Positions 24,661 through 36,145 of a stretch of DNA of 64,000 bases are shown piece after piece. Location: NCBI GenBank assembly GCA_950097015.1, contig CATNEN010000014.1, positions 1,488,001 to 1,552,000 of the forward strand. The letters are read 5' to 3'. The notes under the pieces are model-generated. The model saw only the letters and a list, made by a program, of their open reading frames with translations. It searched no databases and was not told the origin of the DNA. The stretch comes from Macrostomum hystrix. Taxonomy: Eukaryota; Animalia; Platyhelminthes. The translations under genes and the position numbers were made by a program. Positions within the stretch are counted from its first letter, which is position 1. The number at the start of each line of letters is the position of its first letter.

Positions 24661-27600
24661 TCCAACTATACTAAATCTCTAAAGTCTGTCTGTCTGTCTG
24701 TCTGTGGAATTTCGATACACAGGCTAAATGCCTCAACCAAATTTGATCGCGTTTTTTGCTAAACATGCCAAATTTTACTGGCATGAGACCTTGAAAATTT
24801 CGTTAGTCTGCTTCAATGCTAAAAATATTGAATATTCGAAATACGAGTTTTCCTTTTGCTTTTAATAGGAGGCCAAACAAGGTTAAATTAGAATAGGGCC
24901 GGACACTGTCAGTTTTATTAGATTGCATCGGTGCTTTTTCTCGCCCGCGCGTGCATTGGTATAGCACTGAACAGGGCCCGATACTCTCAATTGAATAGGA
25001 TTGCGTCACTGCTTTTCGACCCGTACGTGCGTTTATAAATTTGTCTCTTGGCTGATCGAGTGATTTGATTTGAATACGCAAAACGTACATAGCAGATTTC
25101 ATGATTGGGCTTTTATGATGCTCAATGCTAGCGAGACCTCTCCTCCTCCTTTCTATCCATAAAACTGCAGCTTTTCTATTGTCAAACCTTGTCTCGACTT
25201 CGATCATTGTGCCGCTTTCTTTTCATCTAGCTCCGAAGTAAAGTACTTTAATGCTTTTGTAGAATGCAGGTAGAATTTCAGCATCGGTTTTGTTACTGCT
25301 TCTTTTTCTTCTAATCTTCTAAACATCAGCAGTTCCTATTTAAACGTAAGTTCCTATTTATTAGTATTTTTTGGGCATTTTTGGTTCGAGTATAAATAGT
25401 AAGCGATTTTGGTTAGCTACTGTCGAAGCAGATATTTGTTAGCTTTATTATTCCTGTACTCCCTTTCAGAAAATAGTATTAGTTTTTTCGAGTATCGGGA
25501 ATTCGATAATAAAACTTAGGAAATATTTTTTGTGCATAGCTGCAGGCGATATCACAATTGAGAACTGCAAGAAAAAAAAATTGAGCGCAGCTAAGAGCGT
25601 AAATTATTTCAAAATTTTTTGAGCATTGTTTTAAGCGTTATTCGATCAAAAAAATAGCTTATTAAATAATAATAATTATAAAACTTTATTCGACGAACAC
25701 TGATCGAAACCGTTTTCTAAAGTGCTCAACGATTTTCTAAATGTGTCCAACGATTTTCTAAATGTGTCCAACGATTTTCTAAATGTGTTTAACAGTTTTC
25801 TAAATGTATCTACCGTGCCACATGTAACAGGAGATGTAACAGGAGATATTTGTTGCCTTCTGGGCTGAGTAAAACGATGGACACATCGTTTCTATGCTAT
25901 TTGGGGGCAATGGTTTCCTGTCAAAGAAAAAGGGCAAACATTTCTTGCTGCGAGTTTGGTAGCCTGCAAGTAGCCTCCATTCTGGTATTATGGAGGTTCT
26001 CTTCTGTTTGGAGAACATTAGTTCTCTGCTGCTGGGGGAATTAGTTCTCTGCTGCTGGGGGAATTAGTTCTCTGCTGCTGGGGGAATTAGTTCTCTGCTG
26101 CTGGAGAAATTAGTTCTCTGCTGCTCGGGAAATTAGTTCTCTGCTGCTGGGGAAATTAGTTCTCTGCTGCTGGGGGAATTAGTTCTCTGCTGCTGGGGGA
26201 ATTAGTTCTCTGCTGCTGGGGGAATTAGTTCTCTGATGCTGGGGGAATTAGTTCTCTGCTGCTGGAGAAATTAGTTCTCTGCTGCTGGGGGAATTAGTTC
26301 TCTGCTGCTGGGGGAATTAGTTCTCTGCTGCTCGGGAAATTAGTTCTCTGCTGCTGGGGAAATTAGTTCTCTGCTGCTGGGGGAATTAGTTCTCTGCTGC
26401 TGGGGAAATTAGTTCTCATGGCAAAACCAGCGTTTGAATCATGGCTAAACCAGAGTCTGAATCATGGCAGAGTCTGAATCAAGGCTAAACCAGAGTTTGA
26501 ATCATGGCTAAACCAGAGTCTGAATCATGGCTAAACCAGAGTCTGAATCATGGCTAAATTTAAGTTTGAATCATGGCAAAACCAGAGTTGGAATCATGGC
26601 TAAACAAGAGTTTGAATCATGGCTAAACAAGAGTTTGAATCATGGCTAAATGAGAGTTTGAATCATGGCTAAACCAGAGTTTGAATCATGGCTAAACCAG
26701 CGTTTGAATCATGGCCAACCAGAGTCTGAATCATGGCTAAACCAGAGTTTGAACCATGGCAAAATCAGAGTTTGAATCATGGCAAAACCAGAGTTTGAAT
26801 CATAGTATAGCTAAACCAGAACTGGGGGATAATCGTCAACTGTGGGATAATTGTAAACTGGGGAATCATCATCAAATGGGGGATCATGGTCAACTGGGGA
26901 TCATTGTCAAATGGGGATCATCATCATTTAATTGGGAGTCATCATCAAATGGGGGATCATGGTCAACTGGGAGATCATTGTCAACTGGGTGATCATCATC
27001 AACTGGGGGATCATTGTAACCTGGGGGATCAATGTCAACTGGGGCATCATCATCAACTTTTGACAAAAATTTTCTTTTGTCATTTAATCGAATTCTCTAC
27101 ATTTAGATTTTGTTATCTTATAATGTCATAATGATATATATTTGTATGATAAACCAGACAATTTATGAAAATTTCGATAATCTGCTTCAATGCTAACAGT
27201 ATTAAATATTCGAAAAACCTGCTTTTCTGTCGAGTTCAAGAAAGGTCACCTCGCCAGCTATTTTGTTGGCAGTCTGAATTGCAAATTCATGAACATTACA
27301 TCACCACACTGCTAGCTAGCCGGCCCCACTGTCCCAATGCTTTGCAAGGGCGAGGGCGTGTACTCTGGTAGCTGATTTGACTGCTGCCCTGTCTTCTCCA
27401 ATGCATCTGTACAAACCAGAGTAGGTGGCCGTGATTGCGTCAGCAGTCCTTCGCCCCTGTTCAATGCAGCCAATCAACCCAATGCTATAGCAGAGTGTAC
27501 ACTGCAGAAAGCAGGCCGTCGTGCATGCAAAGTATTAAAATGTGCTCTATGGTCGCGTCTGTACATTTGGATTTTTCAACAGGCATCCAAGCTATGTACG

Positions 27601-27806
27601 CTTGGTCGATTATCGATTTCATTGAAAGGATAAGATGGGCTCTGATTGTTTTCTCTGCGCCAAAACCTACTAGCTACTACTTGGTTTACCTAAGCTAAGT
27701 ATAACTTGCTTTCATTTCACTTTGTTCCGCTTACATTCATCTGATATTATTCATATATCATATTTCTATTCCATATCTATTATTTTAACTAATCACTTTA
27801 CCCAGA

Positions 27807-30800
27807 ATGGCAAAACGTGGTGCTAAAAGCGCATTGACGAAAAGTCGCGAAGCAAAGAGACGCCGCCGAGAAGAATCAGCCGAAGCTCGAGAGCAGCGAC
27901 TGCAAGCAGGAAGGCGAGCAAAACAAGAAAGCGAAAAGAAACGTCGGTCTGGCGAGTCGATATCTGAACGCGAAGCCCGCCTGCTGGCAGATCAGGAGCG
28001 CTCGAGTCGCCGAAGATCGCTGGAGACGGATCCTGAACGCGAAGCCCGCCTGCTGGCAGATCAGGAGCGCTCGAGTCGCCGCAGATCGCTGGAGACGGAT
28101 CCTGAACGCGAAGCCCGCCTGCTGGCAGACCAGGAGCGTTCGAGTCGCCGCAGATCGCTGGAGACGGATCCTGAACGCGAAGCCCGCCTGCTGGCAGACC
28201 AGGAGCGTTCGAGTCGCCGCAGATCGCTGGAGACGGATCCTGAACGCGAAGCCCGCCTGCTGGCAGACCAGGAGCGCTCGAGTCGCCGCAGATCGCTGGA
28301 GACGGATCCTGAACGCGAAGCCCGCCTGCTGGCCGACCAGGAGCGCTCGAATTGGCGAAGAACAGAAGAATCTGATTCGCAGCGGGAAGATCGGCTAGAG
28401 TTTCATCGATTGCGCTATCGGGCGTCTCACGAGCCGGAACAAAGCCTCAGGTAAAGCGACCAATTTGAAGAAAAAGAAATTCATGCCAATATGTTTCTGA
28501 GTGAAAAATGTTTTTCAAATGTTTTTACGCACAATCAATGCATTGTTGCCGCTTTTCTAGAGCAATCCTCTTGGTTGTTTTAAAGCCAATAATATGTCAT
28601 TTTGATCGCGTTTTGCACATGTTTGCCTAATTTAGCTAAAGTCTGTAAATGCCAAATTCTCTAAACGTACAGTCAAGTGTGTCTGCCTAGCACTCTGCCA
28701 ATTAGTGCAACGCAAGTCACGAGAGTGCCAGGAGATGGAAACTGTTACTTCCATGCAGTGTCTGACCAGCTTATCGGCACACCAATTTACATGGACCATA
28801 AGCAACTTCGGCATACAGTTGCTGCAAATGCAAGGCCACTACTCGAAGCTCAGCATGCCACACTTGATGCTCTTGGCCTAACATTGGACAGAGTGATTGC
28901 TGAGACAGAGCAGAATGGAGTTGATGTGCATGAGCACATTGCACCGATTCTGAATCAACTTCTGGATGTGGATTATGTAATTTATCAGTATGCTGACCAC
29001 GACAGTAGACAGCTCCAGCTGGTGCAGCAGGTTTCAGCAGCAAGAAGGCCTGCAGCTGCTGTGGTGTAACTTCTTTATAACCGCCAGGGTGAGCACTATG
29101 AGTCTCTGCGTTTTGTGACTCCTGTTCCTGAGGCCAATGCTGCATCTGCTCTGCCGGAGTTTCTTGCTGGCAACTCTGCAGGGTGTCTTTTCATATTTTT
29201 ATTTTTACATTATATTCTCCAATCCTCAAAAATGTTTATACCAGGCCTAAGAAATATATCGTCCTGATTATTTCTTGTTTTAAAGGAGTGAAAGCTGCAG
29301 TTTTATTTTTTGTTTCAGCCTCAACCGTCAGGCTGTGGTCAGTGCTGCATCTGATATGACAGAATTTTCAGATGAGGATGCTGAGTGAGTTCTATGGAAA
29401 TCTATACTTTTTGCCTCTATAACTATGAATTACTAGAGAAATTTCTACTGCATTTTGTATCTTTTATTTTGAAAATAGATGTAGCAGTATTGAGAAAAAC
29501 TAAAAGTACTAAATGCATTGACCCTCTACTTTCGTCGACAGTTCCGATTCCACAGCCAGGCCGGAACCACATGCCCATCAGGTGGGCCCCATGAACGAGC
29601 CCTGCCGGCACTGCAACGCCTTGCACTGGGAACGAGAACCAGCAGGAATTTGCTGTGCAGCTGGCAAGGTAAAGCTGCCCGTGAAGACCGTGCCGCAAAT
29701 TCTGGAGAACCTGTTCGTTGGACGCCACCGGCTGAGCTCTGATTTCTTGGCAAACATCAGAAGCTATAATGCAGTGCTGCACCTCACCTCACTGAAGGCT
29801 ACCCTGCGACCCATGCGAGGTTACTGCCCCAGTTACATCATCAATGGGGAGCTGGTCCACAACATCCCGCCTCTGTATGCTGGGGCTTCGGATGTGCCTC
29901 ATGGCTGGCAGGTTTATTTCACGGACCGTGAATTGGAGAGCCGCCAGAGTCTAAGCAAAAGTGTCAAACTGGAGCTGCTGCAGCTGCTGCAGGCCGTGTT
30001 GCACGACTGCAACGAATATGTCAGGAGTTTGAAGGCTGCAGCACAGCGGATTGCCGAAGAGCCCAAGCTAGGAGATGCTCGAATTGTCATTTACCCGAAC
30101 CGCCGACCGACTGAAGAGCATATCCGGTGAGTCTGACAAAGGGTTTCAGTTCGTTAGTGAATAATGCATTATCGCGGTTTGGTATTTCGTGTACTGTCTG
30201 TAAACAGAGTTGAAAAATTAGTTAATCGTTTATCAATATTGAATAAAAATTTTGTTGATTCGAGATTTCGTGATTCTAGATTTGCTATCTTTCCAAAAAC
30301 TTATATGCATGTTCGAAACAGTTCATAAAGACAGGCTGCGGTGAAGTATTCATTGGCCAGTACCCCCATTTTAGGCGCTACAATTTGCCTGAAGCAAATG
30401 AGGTCGGCATCCTTGTTGTTGGCGACACCTCTGAAGGCTCCATAACTTCACGCGACGTCTTGATTGAGCTTCGACATCCTGATGATGGAAGCCACAGGCG
30501 TCTGCACTCAGTTTCTGTGACGCATCGAGCCTACGATGCACTGCAGTACGTGCTGTTCCTGCCGTACGGACAGGACGGGTGGCACCCAGAACTGAGAATG
30601 ACCAACAACGGCAAGCTGACTCCTCGCAAGTACTATGCTAGCGAGATCATGGTGCGGCCTGGTCAGTTCAATGCGCTTCACTACGGCCGCCGACTGTTTC
30701 AGCAGTACCTGGTTGATGCTTGCTGCAAAATTGAGGGCGAGAGGCTTACGTACCTTCGCACCCATCAGGACGACCTTCGAAGCGAAACGTACAGCGGCCT

Positions 30801-33800
30801 TCGAGACGCCCTTTTTGCTGCAGACGGACTGCGGAAAAATTCTGACCCCAATGAAGTCGGGAAGCGAGTTTTTCTGTCTTCCAGCTTCGTAGGCGGGCCC
30901 CGCTACATGATGGAGCGACTTCAGGATGCTATGGCCTATGTGCATAAGTTTGGCAAGCCAGACCTGTTCATAACAGCTACCTGCAACCCGAAATGGACAG
31001 AAATCAGCGCTGAACTGCTACCTGGACAGCGACCTGAGGATCGACCGGATATTGTCACCCGCGTGTTTGAGCTGAAGAAGAAGGCTCTAATGGCTCGGCT
31101 CACAAAATACTTCGGACAGGTGGCTGCGCACGTCTGTGCTCTGGAGTATCAGAAGCGCGGTGAGAAAAATCTGTCTAAAGGATTTGATTTTTATATTTGG
31201 AACTTCTGCGCATTGTGAAAATAGTTTTTAGTTTCTGGATTGTGTGAATGATTTTTTTAGGAGACCTTCAGATTTTAGAAGATTCAGATATTTAGTTTAT
31301 TGCGATTTTGCCTTGGCGTAATTACTCGTTTTTATCAATCAATTACTGAATGATTTCTGAGCATTTCTGTTGTATTGTCGCAACTCAGGTCTGCCGCATG
31401 TGCACATTCTGCTGTGGCTGAAGAGCAGGCATCGTGTGACTCCTGACCGATATGATGAGATTGTTTCGGCGGAGATTCCGGATCCTCAGACTCAACCGGT
31501 GCTGCATGAGCTGGTCAAAACCCACATGATTCACGGTCCGTGTGGCAAAGTGAACCCCAATTGCGCCTGCATGGAGAATGGCAAATGCAGCAAGGACTTT
31601 CCGAAAGATTTCATGCCCGCTACAATGGTGACTGATGCAGGCTATCCTCGATACAGAAGGCGCTCCCCGGATATGGGCGGATTCGAGGTGGACAAGCCGT
31701 TCAGAGGTGGAACTGTTCGCATGGACAATCGGTGAGTGTCAAGCTAAGAACGAATGGCAAGCGCATATCTGAAATTGCGACTATGTACATTTAAACTACG
31801 TACGTATTTTAACCATCACATGTTTTAACTCAGTCTTTATAATAATTTATGACTAAAATTCACTCAAGCACACAATCACAATTCCATTTTTCTATTGAAT
31901 TTACAGTGATCACAATTACATTTTTTTTCTCAACAGTTATCTAACGACCTTACATAAAACTTTAAGGTTTGTCGTGCCCTACAATCCAAGTCTGCTGCTT
32001 GAATTTGAGTGTCACATAAATGTGGAAGTCAGTGCATCGGTCAAGTCAGTCAAGTACATCATTAAGTACTTGCTGAAGAATGGCGATATGGCGACCTTCC
32101 GAGTGACACAGGCCAAGAATTCGCCACAGTCCTAGCCTGCGGCTACTGGGAATGCGCCGCAGTCAGCTGATCGGCAGCAGAATCAGCCTGCGCCAGTTCG
32201 AGAAGCACGCGATGAGATCTCTGAGTACCTTTCTGCCCGTTACATTGGACCCATGGAAGCTGTCAATACGATTCTGGGTTTCGAAGTAAGCTGTATGATT
32301 ATTGTCTTCGATAACTTTTATGCTTTTATTATTGCTTGCCACTTTGTTTCGGCGGCCACTAACCTGGAGCCTTAAGATTTAGCTATAATAGCTTTTATTC
32401 CGTGATACTAAAGTAATGCTAAATAAAGGAAATAAATAAATAAATAAATTCTAACATTCTAACATTGCATCAGGTGCACAACAGGTTCCCAGCTGTAATT
32501 CGCCTCTGCGTTCACGAGCGAAATAAACAGTTGGTGTACTTCAACGAGGCAACTGCGAGCGCCAGGGCAACGGCGCCAAGAGATTCAACGCTAACCGCTT
32601 TCTTTAAGCTGTGTCGAACTGACGAGTTCGCTCGGAGCCTCCTCTACACTGAGGTGCCTTCCTTCTTCATCTGGCACCAGAGCGCCAGGGAGTGGCGCCG
32701 CGCCAAGCGGGGCGATGATGTTGAAGGATATCCGGGAGTGAAGCGAAACACCAACATTTCACGCATGTATACCGTGTCTCCGAGAGCAGGAGAGCTGTTC
32801 TTCATCCGCCTCCTGCTGCTGCACGTGCGAGGACCGACCAGCTACGAGGCACTGCAAACTGTAGATGGCGTGCTGTACGACGCCAGGGCTGCGTGTATAG
32901 CTCTCGGCTTGCTGCAGCGAGACGACCACTGGCACAGATGCTTGGCAGAGGCTGTGCAGTCACGAATGCCCAGAGCTGTGAGGCACCTGCTTGCAGTTAT
33001 TCTTGAATGGGGCGAGCCACCAGATGGCGAAAAACTGTGGAGCAGCTTCGCGGAAGACCTGAGCGAGGACTTGCGCTACCGCCATCCGAACCTGAGCGTC
33101 GATGAGGTGACCGACATGGCACTGCGCGAACTGCAGAACATGCTGACCTCCATGGGTGGCCGGAGCTTGCCAGAGTACGGGCTGCCTGTTGCCTCAGCTG
33201 CACCTTATGTCGGACCACTGCAGTTCGACACGGTCGAACAGACCGAGATCGCCGAGATGCGCGTGCCACAGCTGACTGACGAGCAGCGAGCTGCGTATGA
33301 ATTCATCACTGCAGACGTGATTACCGGCTCTGGCGGCCTGCACTTTCTGGATGCGCCGGCTAGAACTGGAAAGACGTTTCTGCTAGAGGTGTTGCTGGCT
33401 TTCGTGCGCAGCCGGTGCGAAATTGCCATTGCAGTCGCTTCGTCTGGTATTGCAGCCACACTGCTGCCGGGAGGACAGACGGCGCATTCAGCGTGAGTTC
33501 CGTTGATGAATTGATCAGTGGCATCATGCATATTTAATCACTTTTGTGAAAATCGTATACTTAAAAGAGTCTTGCAATATTTGTTTGGTAGATTCAAGAT
33601 TCCGGTGTGTTTGGTGAGGTCAGAAAGAGGCGTCTGCTCTGTCGGTGCCCAGTCGCGACAAGCTGGCGTGTTCAGGAGCGCGCGTCTCATTGTCTGGGAT
33701 GAGGTCTCCATGACCAACCGGCAAGACTTGGAGGCCGTGGACCGGACTCTGCAAGACATTCGGAAGAATGATGCTCCATTTGGAGGAATTGTCGTCGTGT

Positions 33801-34994
33801 GTAGCGGAGATTTCCGTCAGTTGCTTCCAGTTGTTAAAAATGGAACCAGGGCAAACAGCGTCGCAGCGTGCGTTAGCAGGTCCAGGTTATGGAAATCATT
33901 CCGACGGCACCGCCTGACAAGGAACATTCGGCTGCAGAGCAGTTTCGCTTCTGCGTTATGCCAGCGTTACTCGCAGTTGCTGATGCAGGTGAGCATTTTT
34001 CGTTTTTTAAGGATTTAGTAGCTAGACTAGAGCTGAGCTGGTAGAGTATATTTGTGCTTCTTAGTAGGCGTCATTTTTAGGTGTAAAAATACGCAAACTT
34101 TATTTTTTATTTACAATTACACACTGATTTGATGCACTTTTGTTTGATATAATTCTGTTGCTAAATTTTCTCCTAATTTGAGTTTCAGAAAGTATAATTG
34201 ATTGCTTTATACCAATATTTACCTCACAGACCGGCTCAGGTTCTATTGAGGAGGACTCTGATGGCAACGTTTCGCTTCCGCCTGAGATCCTGTTGCCGGC
34301 AGGTGCCTCCCTGAAGGACCTGATCGAGTTCGTTTACCCTTCGTTCGAAGCAACTGACGCTAGAGACGCCTACTTTGCCAGCAGAGTAATTTTGGCTCCG
34401 TATAACGAGGCCGTTGATGCGATCAACGATGAGTGCCTGGCCATGTTCCCGGGCAGCATGCGGGAGATCAAGTCGATCGACAGCGTGGCTGATGAGGATT
34501 CTGCCAGGCACTTCCCTCCTGAGCTGCTCAACCGATTGGAGGCACCGAACTTGCCGAAGCACCTGCTTAAGTTCAAAGTGGGCATGCCGGTGGTGCTTCT
34601 GCGAAACATCAACCCGCCACGGCTGTGCAACGGAACGCGACTGATTGTCCTGGCACTGGGGGACAATGTGCTGCGGTGCAAAGTTGCGGCAGGCCAATTC
34701 TCTGGTGACGAGATTCTGCTGCCCCGGATTCCGCTACAGCCGAACAATGCGGACCTGCCAGTGTGCTTCAAGAGGCTGCAGTTTCCCGTCCGGGCCAGCT
34801 TCTGCCTGACGGTTCACAAAGCTCAGGGCCAGTCTCTGGAGACCGTGGGCATCGACTTGGCGGAAGGCTGCTTCGCCCACGGCCAGCTGTACACCGCTCT
34901 GTCCCGGGCCAAAGATGCAGCCAATGTTCGCATCCGGATTTCCGGTAACAAGACGAGAAACATTGTGTACCCAGAGGTGCTTTCTGAAGATTAG
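27807..34994 (+). pseudogene. Helitron Rep/helicase (STPR-like repeats, OTU-like protease, Zn finger, HUH Rep, PIF1 helicase); 10 exons, two in-frame stops
   Basis: Inferred exons: 27807-28450, 28673-29182, 29319-29384, 29542-30126, 30375-31159, 31389-31731, 31967-32285, 32474-33492, 33592-33988, 34230-34994. All introns are GT-AG and phase-compatible; 5433 nt = 1811 codons. Motifs: CRHCNALHW..CC, RRLFQQYLVD, GGPRYM, DLFITATCNPKW, EYQKRG|LPHVH, KYIIKY, APARTGKTF, WDEVSM, GDFRQLLPVV, TVHKAQGQSL, HGQLYTALSR. Stops: TAA 29067-29069 and TAG 32133-32135. Confidence 0.92.
27964..28345 (+). repeat. 69-bp coding tandem repeat (23-aa ETDPEREARLLADQERSSRRRSL, STPR-like), about 5.5 copies
   Basis: ctgaacgcgaagcccgcc recurs at 27964, 28033 and onwards (period 69). 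A 23-residue unit starting ET with an E..R..RL pattern fits the STPR DNA-binding repeat. Confidence 0.85.
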
Positions 34995-36145
34995 GCTGAC
35001 CAACAGTTTCTGAAACTTATCGTTGGAGTGCCCTTGATTTCATCAGCGGTAAATGTCAGTGGGATAGCTCATTCTCGTACAGAGAGCTGAATTTTTGGGA
35101 AGCAATCATGTACAATTGGAAACGGAGCTCATAAACGCTACTCATAAACAATTCCACGTGGGTTTAGGAATGGAATGTAAGCCTAATCCAAAGCTAAAAT
35201 GTGCCCGTTAAAAATATCCCGTTTTAATCGTCAATCGACGATGACAGCGAATTCATTGGCCCACATGCTTCCAATGTTTATAAACTTGTCTTTAACGGAC
35301 ATTTTTTTACACCTGTCCGCACAGACATGCCGTCAATCGACGATGACAGCGAATTCATTGGCCCACATGCTTCCAATTGCTTTCAATGTTTAGACTTCCG
35401 TCTTCAAGGGACAGTTTTTCGTAAAGTGCTGTTTTTTCGGCGAAGTCCAATTCAGTAAACTTTGCTATTGTTTCTATACTATTTTAATGTTATCTGCCCA
35501 TTTTTCTACTTGGTGACTGCCTTGGTCTCTAAGCAGCAAGCATTTTTCTATTCAAATCTCAAGGACACAATTCGCAAATGAATTTTTAAAGGTTCCTGAT
35601 TTATGATTTGCTTGCTGCTGCATCAGGGAAGGGCCTCCCTCTCGGTTAACAAAAATCCCTGATGGATAGACGCCAATGCAAAACGGAAGCAGACAGTTTG
35701 TATTTTGTAACAAAAGATGACTAGAACCGTACCTCATTATAAACAATTAAGTTGCAATCCACTTGCATCGATTTTTTGAATCATTTGTCAATGTTGATGC
35801 TTTGTCAATGTTGTCAATGTCAATCGGTTTTTACCTAAAGCAGCCATGCGACTGTCCGCTTCTGAGTCACGACGAGAGGGAATTGAATAAAATTTTGCTG
35901 AAAGCTATCAATGTCAAAAGGCCTAGCTTTCGTACTTTAACACAATTGAGTCCGAATTGTATACTGCTCGCTCAAATCACTGAATTGCTATTTACACCAT
36001 GTTGTAAAATGTGCCCCCCAACGGGGGGCTAAATTGCTATCCTCCATTCCATCCTCCATCCATCATTGTAGCTTAAAAAAATACAGCTGCTAAAAAGTAT
36101 ACACTGGACGAATTAAAAATATTTGTGCTCCCCGGAGGGAGCAAT

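Larger units (their letters stand above)
24661..36040 (+). mobile_element. Helitron unit 4: composite, formerly autonomous element carrying the Rep/helicase gene
   Basis: Same 5' end and minisatellite cassette as units 1-3 up to about 27060, then the RepHel gene. Ends with hairpin gcccccc-aac-ggggggc (36013-36029) followed by a CTAG-like CTAT at 36037-36040. Confidence 0.7.
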
